Shown here piece by piece: positions 1-8,255 of a DNA stretch of 13,036 nucleotides. Both the position numbers and the translations under genes were made by a program. The notes under the pieces are model-generated. The model was not told the DNA's origin. It saw only the letters and a list, made by a program, of their open reading frames with translations, and made no database searches. Source of the DNA: Candidatus Methylomirabilia bacterium (GTDB lineage Bacteria; Methylomirabilota; Methylomirabilia; Rokubacteriales; CSP1-6); contig JBHIBG010000076.1 of assembly GCA_046758965.1 (NCBI GenBank), forward strand, positions 1 through 13,036. The letters are read 5' to 3'. Numbering within the stretch: position 1 is the first letter of the stretch; every line of letters begins with the position of its first letter.

Positions 1-88
1 GAGGAGGCCTGAAGCGAGGCCGGGCGCCCCGGCGCACGGCTAGCGCGGACTCGTGCTCACTCCAAATCACGACGGCCTACCTAGAGGG

Positions 89-1342
89 CTACTTCAGCTG
101 GCTCATGGAGTTCAGGAACTCTTTGTCCGTCTTGGTTTGCTTGAGCTTGTCCAGCAGAAGCTCCATGGCTTCGACGCTGTTGAGCTGGGAGAGCGCCTTC
201 CGAAGGAGCCAGACCTTCGGAAGCTCGTCCTTGTCCAGCAAAAGCTCCTCCTTCCGGGTGCCTGACTGCTCGATGCTCATGGTGGGAAACACTCGCTTAT
301 CCATGAGGCGCCGGTCGAGGTGAACCTCCATGTTGCCGGTCCCCTTAAACTCCTCGAAGATCACGTCGTCCATCCGGCTCCCGGTGTCGACGATGGCCGT
401 GGCGATGATGGTCAGAGACCCGCCCTCCTCGATGTTTCGAGCTGTGGCGAAGAACCGGCGGGGACGCTGGAGCGCGTTGGCGTCCAGGCCGCCCGACAGC
501 ACCCGGCCTGACGACGGCATGATGGCGTTATGGGCCCGCGCGAAGCGGGTGATGGAATCCAGCAGAATGACGACGTCTTTCTTGTGCTCCACCAGCCGCT
601 TGGCTTTTTCAATCACCATGTCCGCCACCTGGATGTGACGTTGCGGCGGCTCGTCGAAAGTGGACGAGATCACCTCCCCCCGGACCGACCGCCGCATATC
701 GGTCACCTCTTCCGGCCGCTCGTCGATCAGGAGAACGATCAGGTAGATCTCAGGATGATTCTTGGCGATGGCATTGGCCAGCTTCTGGAGGAGGATGGTC
801 TTGCCCGTCCGCGGAGCCGCCACGATGAGGCCCCGCTGGCCCTTGCCGATGGGCGCGAGGAGATCCATGACCCGGGTGGTCAGCTCGTCAGGATCGTGCT
901 CCAACCGGACCCGCTCCATGGGGTAGAGCGGGGTCAGGTTGTCGAAGAGGATCTTCTCCCGGGCAGCTTCCGGGCTCTCGAAGTTGATCGCCTCCACCTT
1001 CAGCAAGGCAAAGTAGCGCTCCGAGTCCTTGGGCGGGCGAACCTGGCCGGAGATGGTGTCGCCGGTTCTGAGGTCGAAGCGCCGGATCTGTGAGGGAGAT
1101 ACGTAGATATCGTCAGGACCCGGCAGATAGTTGTAGTCGGGCGCCCGGAGGAAGCCAAACCCGTCGGGGAGCACCTCCAGGACCCCCTCGCCGAAGATGA
1201 GCCCGTCCTTCTCTGCCTGGGCCTGGAGGATCTTGAAGATCAGCTCCTGCTTACGAAGCCCACTGAGCCCCTGGACCCCGCGCTCCCTCGCGATTGCGTT
1301 CAGCTCGGAGATCGTCTTCTCTTTCAGCTCAGACAGATTCAT
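89..1342 (-). CDS. rho: Transcription termination factor Rho
   Basis: 417 aa. RNA-binding domain [14 protein letters not shown]...[19 protein letters not shown]-loop [26 protein letters not shown] and [11 protein letters not shown]. Shine-Dalgarno (SD) AGGAGG at 1350-1355, 7 nt before the ATG. Confidence 0.99.
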   Translation of the reverse strand: MNLSELKEKTISELNAIARERGVQGLSGLRKQELIFKILQAQAEKDGLIFGEGVLEVLPDGFGFLRAPDYNYLPGPDDIYVSPSQIRRFDLRTGDTISGQVRPPKDSERYFALLKVEAINFESPEAAREKILFDNLTPLYPMERVRLEHDPDELTTRVMDLLAPIGKGQRGLIVAAPRTGKTILLQKLANAIAKNHPEIYLIVLLIDERPEEVTDMRRSVRGEVISSTFDEPPQRHIQVADMVIEKAKRLVEHKKDVVILLDSITRFARAHNAIMPSSGRVLSGGLDANALQRPRRFFATARNIEEGGSLTIIATAIVDTGSRMDDVIFEEFKGTGNMEVHLDRRLMDKRVFPTMSIEQSGTRKEELLLDKDELPKVWLLRKALSQLNSVEAMELLLDKLKQTKTDKEFLNSMSQLK

Positions 1343-1493
1343 CCCACTTCCTCCTCACCCATGAACCCCGTCGCGGGACCAGGGACACCACCTCGCTGGA
1401 TACACACGGCCCGTTGCAAGAAAGAAGCTCACGAGATTTTTTTCACCGGAAGGCTTTGATTCACACGAGGGGAACTACAGACGTTTCAATATC

Positions 1494-1523
1494 ATGCTCC
1501 CACAGGGCCGAGAAGCTTGTCAA
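1494..1523 (-). promoter_or_regulatory. Putative sigma70 promoter for rho
   Basis: Perfect -35 TTGACA (1518-1523), 18-nt spacer ending TGTGg (extended -10), then -10 GAGCAT (1494-1499) keeping A-11 and T-7. Lies in an AT-richer intergenic stretch. The -10 is weak. Confidence 0.5.
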
Positions 1524-1531
1524 CACTTTCC

Positions 1532-2605
1532 TTACTGCCGGATCTCGACGACAGCCCGCCGCTTGATCTCCTCTAACCACTCCCTGAGCCGCGCCTCGTA
1601 CTTCTGGCGGAAGAGGATCTCCCGGATCTGTCGCTTGGTCTGCTCCAGGGCCTCCCCCGTGAGGCGGTCCTTCCACTCCAGCTTGAAGAGGTGGTAGCCC
1701 AGCTCGGTCCGGAAGGGGGCCGTAACCCCACCGGGCTCCAGGCGGATCACCCGGGCTTCGATCTCAGGGGCCAGCTCACCCTGTTTCAGCACGCCCAGGT
1801 CTCCGCCCTCTTGCGCCGAGGGGTCCTGAGAATACTTCATGGCGAGCTGGGCGAAGTCCCGGCCGTCCTTGATCAGCGCCCAGACCTCGTCCGCCACGGC
1901 CCGGGCCGCCTCCCAAGCCGACTCCGTTGCCGGGGTGGACGGGGCAATGAGAATGTGGCGGGCTTGAAAGCCGAGGCCGACCTCCAACTTTTCCCGGTTT
2001 TCCTGCAAGTAGCGCTCGATCTCGGGCTCGGTCACCGAAACCCTGAGGGCCACCTTCCGCGCGGTCACCTTCTGGATCATGATCTGCTCCCGGAACCGCT
2101 TCCGGACAGCCTCCATGGTGAGCCCCTGCGTCTCGACCAGACGTCCCAGCTCCTCCTCGGTCTTGAACCCCAGCCGCTCCATCACCCGCGCGAGGCGTTC
2201 GGTGACCTCCCCCTCGGAAACCGTGATCCCCTCCCGCCGCGCCTCCTGGAGCTGGAGACGGGCCTCCACCATGCGCTGGAGCACCCGCTGCTTCAGCGCC
2301 TGCTCCTCAGACCGGGGCACCACCTGCTGAGTCTCGTAGAGAAAGTACGCCACTCTATCCAGGAGGTCGGTGAGCGTGATCGCTTCATTGTTCACCACCG
2401 CTACGATGCGGTCCACCACATCCCCTGAGTCCTGAGCCGGAGCGGCTGGTGCACTCCGGCGCGGGGTGAGCTCAGGGGCGGGCGCTGGCAGGCGCTGGAG
2501 CTCGGATGCGGGCCGGGCAGGGGAGGAGGCGGATCCCAAGGGCCGCCCGCATCCGCTCACGAGGAGGACAACCAGGAGCCCGAAGAAGAGTGTCAGCGCA
2601 GGCAT
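1532..2605 (-). CDS. SurA/PrsA-family chaperone with one parvulin (PpiC) PPIase domain; predicted lipoprotein
   Basis: SurA N-domain start VVDRIVAVVNNEAIT. Parvulin motifs ARHILI, FAQLAMKYSQDPSAQEGGDLG and PFRTELGYHLFKL. C-terminal WLEEIKRRAVVEIR. Hydrophobic signal ending LLVSG-C19. Overlaps the mfd 3' end by 13 nt. Confidence 0.92.
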   Translation of the reverse strand: MPALTLFFGLLVVLLVSGCGRPLGSASSPARPASELQRLPAPAPELTPRRSAPAAPAQDSGDVVDRIVAVVNNEAITLTDLLDRVAYFLYETQQVVPRSEEQALKQRVLQRMVEARLQLQEARREGITVSEGEVTERLARVMERLGFKTEEELGRLVETQGLTMEAVRKRFREQIMIQKVTARKVALRVSVTEPEIERYLQENREKLEVGLGFQARHILIAPSTPATESAWEAARAVADEVWALIKDGRDFAQLAMKYSQDPSAQEGGDLGVLKQGELAPEIEARVIRLEPGGVTAPFRTELGYHLFKLEWKDRLTGEALEQTKRQIREILFRQKYEARLREWLEEIKRRAVVEIRQ

Positions 2606-5600
2606 GCGAGGAGGTTCTCGAGCGCTTCCCGCACCCGAGGCCAGGAGTCGGCCCGAATCTCGGCCTCGAGGACGAACTCCCTCCTCAAGCGGAGCCGACC
2701 TTGACTCTGGGTGATTACCTGAATCAGATGGTCGGGCGCGACCGGGGTGGACGGGGCGAAGGTCAGCAGGGCCGTGCTACCCCTGGCTTCCACTCTTTCG
2801 ATCCCGAGGGCTCGGGCCGCCACCCGGAGAGCCACCACCTCGAGCAGCCTGAGCACGGCAGGCGGCGGCGGGCCGAAGCGATCGAGCAGCTCGGCGCGGA
2901 TCTCCTCGATTCCGGCGGGGTCAACCAGCCCGGCCAGCCGCTTGTAGAGCGCTAAGCGCTGGTTCACGTCCGGCACGTAGGGCTCGGGCAGGTACGCCTC
3001 CACCTCCACGCTGACCACGGGATCGACAGCGGGCTCAACAGGCGCCCCCTTCGACTCCCTGATCGCCTCATCAAGGAGCTTCAAATACAGATCGAATCCC
3101 ACCGCCGCGATGTGCCCGTGCTGCTCGGCTCCGAGGAGGTTCCCTGCCCCACGCATCTCCAGATCGCGGAGGGCAAGCTTGAACCCCGAGCCCAACTCGG
3201 TGAGTTCCTGGAGGAGACGGAGGCGCTTGTCGGCGGTCTCGTCGACCCGCCCGTCCGCTGGGATCAGGAAGTAGGCGTAGGCCTGCTGGCGCTCACGCCC
3301 CACCCGGCCTCGGAGCTGGTAGAGCTGGGCCAGGCCGAAGCGGTCCGCCCGGTTCACGATCATAGTATTGGAGGCCGGGATGTCGAGCCCGGACTCGACG
3401 ATGGCTGTCGAGACGAGCACGTCGCACTGCCCATCGACGAAGCTGAGCATCACCCGCTCCAGCTCCCGTTCGCGCATCTGGCCGTGCGCCATCGCCACCC
3501 GGGCACGGGGGCAGAGACGCTCGAGGAAAGCGGTCATTGAGGGCAAGGAGTGGATGCGGTTGTGAACGAAGAAGACCTGACCGCCTCGGGCGAGCTCCCG
3601 CTCGATCGCCTCTCTGATGAGGGACTGTCTGAAGCGAGCCACCACCGTCTCCACCGACAAGCGTTCCGGCGGAGGCGTGTCGATCACCGAGAGGTCCCGG
3701 ACGCCGGAGAGGGACATGTAGAGGGTCCGGGGGATCGGCGTGGCCGTCAGAGTGAGAACATCGACGGACCTCCGGAGCTGCTTGATCCGCTCCTTGTGTC
3801 CCACGCCGAAGCGATGCTCCTCATCCACGATGAGAAGCCCCAGGCTCTTGAACGCCACATCCCGGGAGAGGAGGCGGTGGGTGCCGATCACCACGTCCAC
3901 GGTCCCCTGACGGAGCCCCGCGAGGACGGCCTGCTGGGCCTTGGGCGTCCGGAACCGGGAGAGGAGCTCCACCCGGACCGGAAACGGGGCGAAGCGCTCG
4001 ATGAAGGTCGTCCAGTGCTGCTGGGCCAAGATGGTGGTGGGAACCAGGACGGCCACCTGCCGGCCATCCATGACTGCCTTGAAGGTCGCGCGCAGCGCAA
4101 CCTCGGTCTTGCCATATCCCACGTCCCCCGCCACTAGCCGGTCGGCGGGGTGGGGGCGCTCCATGTCGGCCTTGACCTCCTCGATGGCCCGGAGCTGGTC
4201 CGGGGTCTCCTCGAAGCGAAAGGCCGCCTCGAACTCTCGCTGCCAAGGGGTGTCCGATGCGAAGGCGTGCCCTTCCCCGACGGAACGCTCGGCGTAGAGC
4301 TCGAGCAGGTCCTCGGCCATCCGGCGCAGAGCAGTCCGGACCGACTCCTTTACGCGCTGCCACGAGCTCCCCCCCAGCTTGTCCAGCCTGACCACGCCGG
4401 CGTCAGCACCCAGGTACTTGGAGATGACGTTCAACCGCTCCACGGGCAGATAGAGGCGGTTGCCCTCCGCGTATTCGAGGAGGAGGAAGTCGCTCTCCAG
4501 CCCATCCACGGTCAGAGTCTTGAGTCCCAGATAGCGACCGACGCCGTGCTCCTCATGGACGATCAGATCCCCCACCTGGAGGTCGGTGAAGCTCGCAAGC
4601 GCCGCGCCCCGCTGGTAGAGCGGGCGCCTCAGGCTGCGACGCCGGGCCCCAAACACTTCCTCCTCGGTGAGCAGGATCCATCCCAGCGCGGGGATCGCAA
4701 ATCCACTCGAGCACCCTCCGGTCAGGATCCCGAGCCCCCGCGATCCCCAGAGATCCCCGGTGGTGGTGGGCTCGAGAAGGTGCTCGCGAAGAATCTGAGT
4801 CAGGCGGTCGGCTTGGATCTCATCCTGACACACGAGTCGGACCGTGAACCCTTCGGCGAGCCACCGGGTCAGCTCGGCCGCCAAGCGGCGGAACTGCCCG
4901 CGGAAGCTTCCAACCGATCGGGTTTCAAGGGTGAAACGCCCGCCCTCGGGAGCGGGTGGGGCGGCTGCCAGAAGGCCGATCTCGATCCGTTGTCGCCCGG
5001 TCAGGAGCTCGCTGAGCGGAACCGGTGAAGGGGCTGCGTCGGCCGAAGCCTCCAGGAGCGTTGGGTCACCCAGCACTACCGGCGCCGAGGCCGGAACGTA
5101 GTCCAGGAGCACGGCCCCAGACTCGGCATTCTCCACGAGCGGGATCACCGGGAGGAGTGACACCGCTTCCACCGAGCGCTGCGTGGTGGGATCGAAGGCC
5201 CGGAGCGACTCCACCTCGTCACCGAAGAACTCGACCCTCACCGGCTCCGCGCGCGCCGGCGAGAAGATGTCGACGATCCCTCCCCGAAGGCTCCACTGCC
5301 CCACTTCCACCACCATCTCGACCCGCTCGTACCCAGCCGCCTCCATCCGCTCAACGAGCTCAGGCCGGCCCATGCTCTCCCCGACGGCCAGCCGGAGCGC
5401 GCGCGCGCGGAACTCCCCCGGCGGCGGGAGGGGCGACGCCACCGCCGAAGGGATCGTGACGACAGTGAGGGGCTCGCCCATGAGGAGCCGGTGGCAGACC
5501 AGCGCCCGTGTTGCGTCGGCTTCGCGTTGATGCCCCGCCCGGCGGAGGGCGCGCTGAACAGGGGGAAACCCGACGGTCCGAGATGGGCTTCGCCCTTGGG

Positions 5601-5841
5601 CATGGTCGAAGAAGACGAGATCCTGGCAGAAGCGATGAAGCTCGAGCAGGTCCGAGACGACGACCACCGCGGAGCGTTCGCCGGCCCCGAAGAGGGCTCC
5701 GACCACCAGGGCCCGGGCTGATCCCCAGAGGCCGTCCACAGCCAGAACGGGTTGGCCGCCCTCGACGGCTCTGAGGACGGAGTAGAATGGAGCCCACTCC
5801 GTCAGAGGGGACGGACGAGCCGAGACGGTCATGGGCGACAC
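2593..5841 (-). CDS. mfd: Transcription-repair coupling factor Mfd
   Basis: UvrB-like module [10 protein letters not shown]...[25 protein letters not shown] domain [16 protein letters not shown], helicase motifs [27 protein letters not shown] and [11 protein letters not shown] motif [13 protein letters not shown]. Start is uncertain (GTG 5841 or ATG 5832). Confidence 0.98.
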   Translation of the reverse strand: MSPMTVSARPSPLTEWAPFYSVLRAVEGGQPVLAVDGLWGSARALVVGALFGAGERSAVVVVSDLLELHRFCQDLVFFDHAQGRSPSRTVGFPPVQRALRRAGHQREADATRALVCHRLLMGEPLTVVTIPSAVASPLPPPGEFRARALRLAVGESMGRPELVERMEAAGYERVEMVVEVGQWSLRGGIVDIFSPARAEPVRVEFFGDEVESLRAFDPTTQRSVEAVSLLPVIPLVENAESGAVLLDYVPASAPVVLGDPTLLEASADAAPSPVPLSELLTGRQRIEIGLLAAAPPAPEGGRFTLETRSVGSFRGQFRRLAAELTRWLAEGFTVRLVCQDEIQADRLTQILREHLLEPTTTGDLWGSRGLGILTGGCSSGFAIPALGWILLTEEEVFGARRRSLRRPLYQRGAALASFTDLQVGDLIVHEEHGVGRYLGLKTLTVDGLESDFLLLEYAEGNRLYLPVERLNVISKYLGADAGVVRLDKLGGSSWQRVKESVRTALRRMAEDLLELYAERSVGEGHAFASDTPWQREFEAAFRFEETPDQLRAIEEVKADMERPHPADRLVAGDVGYGKTEVALRATFKAVMDGRQVAVLVPTTILAQQHWTTFIERFAPFPVRVELLSRFRTPKAQQAVLAGLRQGTVDVVIGTHRLLSRDVAFKSLGLLIVDEEHRFGVGHKERIKQLRRSVDVLTLTATPIPRTLYMSLSGVRDLSVIDTPPPERLSVETVVARFRQSLIREAIERELARGGQVFFVHNRIHSLPSMTAFLERLCPRARVAMAHGQMRERELERVMLSFVDGQCDVLVSTAIVESGLDIPASNTMIVNRADRFGLAQLYQLRGRVGRERQQAYAYFLIPADGRVDETADKRLRLLQELTELGSGFKLALRDLEMRGAGNLLGAEQHGHIAAVGFDLYLKLLDEAIRESKGAPVEPAVDPVVSVEVEAYLPEPYVPDVNQRLALYKRLAGLVDPAGIEEIRAELLDRFGPPPPAVLRLLEVVALRVAARALGIERVEARGSTALLTFAPSTPVAPDHLIQVITQSQGRLRLRREFVLEAEIRADSWPRVREALENLLACLR

Positions 5842-5848
5842 CAGCTAG

Positions 5849-6064
5849 CCAGCCTGTCCGTCCGACATCCGCACGTTTCTGCCCAACCTTCGAAGGACGC
5901 CAACAGCGCCGGGCCGAGACCCGAGCGACGACCCACAGATGACCGATGGCCGAAGACCTTCCCTGACGGGCACCCACGAAGTAGGTCGTGCGACGGGTAT
6001 CGGCACGGCACCAGAGCTTACTTACCCCAGGTTCGGGCCATCAACGAGCGACGGACCTGGGGGG
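5849..6064. ncRNA. Candidate structured ncRNA: long rod with central bubble (6S/SsrS-like architecture)
   Basis: Nested colinear inverted-repeat pairs: 5856-5862/6050-6056 (7/7), 5870-5877/6043-6050 (7/8), 5881-5889/6029-6038 (9 bp, 1 bulge), 5906-5923/5994-6011 (15/18), 5928-5936/5981-5989 (8/9). Central bubble 5890-5905 / 6012-6028. Family and strand are not established. Confidence 0.45.
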
Positions 6065-6715
6065 CTAGCGGATCCCTTGGGCGATGGCGAAACTGAGCGT
6101 CTCCAGCTCGATAGACAGATCCACGTTCTTCAGCCGGACGTCCTTGGGCACGGACAGGCGCGTGGGAGCGAAGTTCAGGATCGCCTTGACCCCTGCGGCA
6201 ACCAGGCGATCGGCGACGCTCTGGGCAGCCTCCACCGGGACCGCCACGATTCCGATCTGAAAGTTCTTGGCCTTAGCCTCCCTAGCCAGATCGTCGAGGG
6301 GGAGGATCGCGATGCCGCCCGCGGCCCGGCCCCTTTTCGCCGGGTCGTCATCGAAGATACCGGAAATGCGAAACCCCTGGCGCTCAAACCCCCTGTAGTG
6401 GAAGAGTGCGGAGCCTAGGTTGCCAAACCCCACCAGCACCACCGGCCACTCCCGGTTCAGTCCCAGGATCCTCAGAAGCTCGCTCTTCAGCCCGGAGACA
6501 TAGTAACCGATCCCCCGGACCCCGAACTCGCCGAAGTACGCCAGGTCCTTCCTCACCTGGGCCGAGTTGAGGTTGAACCGCCCTGCCAGCTCCTGGGAGG
6601 AGACGGTTTTGACCGCGTCTTCCTCGAGCTGCTGGAGACAGCGCGTGTAGACGGAAAGCCGGCGGATCGTCATCTCCGGGATCTTGCCGATCTTGTAACT
6701 GGCTCGCGGGACCAT
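6065..6715 (-). CDS. rex: Redox-sensing transcriptional repressor Rex
   Basis: KIPEMTIRRLSVY, winged helix SSQELA...SAQVRKDLAYFGEFGVRGIGY, Rossmann motif VGFGNLGSAL, and AILNFAP. ATG 6715 has AAGGA 4 nt upstream and gives a typical 216 aa. GTG 6754 is the alternative start. Confidence 0.97.
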   Translation of the reverse strand: MVPRASYKIGKIPEMTIRRLSVYTRCLQQLEEDAVKTVSSQELAGRFNLNSAQVRKDLAYFGEFGVRGIGYYVSGLKSELLRILGLNREWPVVLVGFGNLGSALFHYRGFERQGFRISGIFDDDPAKRGRAAGGIAILPLDDLAREAKAKNFQIGIVAVPVEAAQSVADRLVAAGVKAILNFAPTRLSVPKDVRLKNVDLSIELETLSFAIAQGIR

Positions 6716-6731
6716 GGGGTCCTTCGTTTGC

Positions 6732-6769
6732 CGGCGGATGCGCCGAACGGGCACGCTCCCGACGGGAGC
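6732..6769 (-). other. Two tandem GC-rich hairpins directly after the atpE stop
   Basis: On the + strand, gctccc-gac-gggagc (6755-6769) and cggcg-gatg-cgccg (6732-6745). No U-tract follows on the minus strand. Confidence 0.5.
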
Positions 6770-7116
6770 TACTCGATCGGCTGCACGAAGAGCAAGATCG
6801 CGGCGATGACGAACATGTAGAGGGCAAGGGACTCAATGAGGGCCAGCCCGATGATCATGGCTGTCTGGATCCGCCCGGCCGCTCCCGGCTGGCGCGCCAT
6901 GGCCTCGACCGCGGCAGCCGTGGCCCGACCCTGGCCCAGTCCGCAGAAGCCAGACGCAATCGCCATGCCAAGGCCCGCGGCAAGCACCGAGAACGGACCG
7001 ATCCACCCGCCGGTTCCTCCCTCTTTCCCGGAAGCCGGCCCAGCCGCCCACCCCGTCGCAGCCGTCAGCAATAGGAGCAGGCCCAGCGTCAGCGTCAGGA
7101 TCAGTGAGCGTCGCAC
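6769..7116 (-). CDS. atpE: F0 ATP synthase subunit c with signal-peptide-like N-terminal extension
   Basis: Gly-rich helix SGFCGLGQG, loop ARQP, ion-binding IESLALY. GTG start with strong SD AAGGAGG (7124-7130) at 7 nt spacing. Confidence 0.97.
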   Translation of the reverse strand: MRRSLILTLTLGLLLLLTAATGWAAGPASGKEGGTGGWIGPFSVLAAGLGMAIASGFCGLGQGRATAAAVEAMARQPGAAGRIQTAMIIGLALIESLALYMFVIAAILLFVQPIE

Positions 7117-7131
7117 AGCTTCTCCTCCTTT

Positions 7132-7884
7132 CTAGTGGTGCTCGGCTTCCTCAAGGGCGCCGGCGATGTAGAGCATGGAGAGCATCACGAAGATGAACGC
7201 CTGAAGAAACGCGACGAAAAGCTTCAATGGCAGAAGGAACCCGACGGTGAACGCCAGCAGGAGCGCAGCACCTGGTACGCCCATGAGGAGCGCGACCAGC
7301 TTCCCCGTGAGGACCCACCCGATCAGCCCATCAAACCCCGTGAGCAGGAAGATGACCGCGAGCAGAATGTGGCCTCCCATCATGTTGCCGAAGAGACGAA
7401 CCGAGAGGGAGAGCGGCCGAGCCAGGTGGCTAAAGGTCTCGATCACCACCATGAGCGGGGCCAGCCAGACGATGGGGCCCCCGAGGTGCTTGAGATAGGT
7501 CACCAGGCCCTGCTTCGAGATACCGATCCAGTGGTAGGTGAAAAATACGACGAGGGCACAGGCCGCCGTCGTGTTCAGGTTGGCGGTGGGTGCCCTCAGC
7601 CCCGGGACGAGCCCCATCAGATTCGACACGAGGATGAAGAGCCCCAGCGTGGCAATCAACGGCAGGTAGCGGCGCCCCTCGTGGCCGATCACCTCATCGA
7701 GGAGGGTCAGGAACTGGTCGAGGACGAGTTCCATGAAGTTCTGAAGCCCGCGGGGCACCAGCTGCAGATCGCGGGAGGCCGCGAAGGCCAGCACTGTCAG
7801 GATTCCCATGGCCACCCAGGTATAGGTCACGTGGGCCGGGCTCCACCGAAGCATAAAGATCGGGGGATGTTCGATGGCCTCCAT
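7132..7884 (-). CDS. atpB: F0 ATP synthase subunit a
   Basis: VPRGLQNFME, SNLMGLVPG..APTANLN, essential Arg in RPLSLSVRLFGNM, and LQAFIF. Start placed at MEAIEH (ATG 7884), 2 nt after the atpI stop, giving 250 aa. Confidence 0.97.
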   Translation of the reverse strand: MEAIEHPPIFMLRWSPAHVTYTWVAMGILTVLAFAASRDLQLVPRGLQNFMELVLDQFLTLLDEVIGHEGRRYLPLIATLGLFILVSNLMGLVPGLRAPTANLNTTAACALVVFFTYHWIGISKQGLVTYLKHLGGPIVWLAPLMVVIETFSHLARPLSLSVRLFGNMMGGHILLAVIFLLTGFDGLIGWVLTGKLVALLMGVPGAALLLAFTVGFLLPLKLFVAFLQAFIFVMLSMLYIAGALEEAEHH

Positions 7885-7886
7885 CG

Positions 7887-8255
7887 TCAGGAGACCGGGC
7901 GAGGGTTGTAGAGCGCGCAGGCAATCAGGACAGGCGGCAGCACCGTGAGCCCCGCGACAACGGCGAGGGGGTGGACGCGACCGCTGCTGAAGAGTATCCC
8001 GAGGGCAGCGAACGTGGCGAGGTAGCGAAGCCCCAAGCCCAGCACCCACAGCGACTGGATGCGTCCCCCCGAGAAGGGTGCGAGGGGCCGCCCGGTCCCG
8101 CGCGCAAGCCAGAGGAAATTCGCCAGGGCCAACCCTCCCCCCGCGAGGACGCCGATTCCGCCGGCGGCCCCATCCAGGAGGAAGCCCCCCAGGCCCAGAA
8201 CGGCCAGAAGCCCCAAGGTCACGCTCGTGACCCGGTGGATCAGCTCACGCGTCAT
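7887..8255 (-). CDS. atpI: ATP synthase protein I (AtpI/UncI), about 4 TM helices
   Basis: Hydrophobic 122-aa ORF directly upstream of atpB with GGGLALANFLWL and LRYL motifs typical of AtpI. ATG 8255 overlaps the atpZ-like 3' end. Confidence 0.82.
   Translation of the reverse strand: MTRELIHRVTSVTLGLLAVLGLGGFLLDGAAGGIGVLAGGGLALANFLWLARGTGRPLAPFSGGRIQSLWVLGLGLRYLATFAALGILFSSGRVHPLAVVAGLTVLPPVLIACALYNPRPVS

Noticed and set aside
1..88. Short GC hairpins downstream of rho (6-21, 19-33) as a terminator
   Set aside because: Only 5-6-bp stems in GC-rich DNA, no visible U-tract, and truncated by the window edge.
430..830. Rho motif variants ([25 protein letters not shown]) as a sign of inactivation
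   Set aside because: Catalytic residues are intact and the changes look like ordinary lineage variation.
5783..5788. Plus-strand TAGAAT as the -10 of a promoter for the spacer RNA
   Set aside because: No -35 or extended -10, it lies in mfd coding sequence, and it is about 55 nt from the rod.
5940..5990. SRP RNA or tRNA identity for the spacer structure
   Set aside because: No SRP helix-8 CAGG...GNRA...AGCAG motif and no tRNA T-loop/D-loop/CCA pattern, although a small four-way fold is possible on the minus strand.
5829..6011. 60-aa minus-strand ORF and 114-aa plus-strand ORF (5752-6096) across the rex-mfd spacer as a leader peptide or type I toxin
   Set aside because: No SD, no TM helix, low-complexity Arg/Gly/Pro composition. 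The RNA structure explains the region better.
7885..8049. N-terminal extensions in the ORF track for atpB (to 8049), atpI (to 8321) and atpZ (to 8679)
   Set aside because: They overlap upstream genes in other frames and look non-coding. Downstream ATGs give family-typical lengths.
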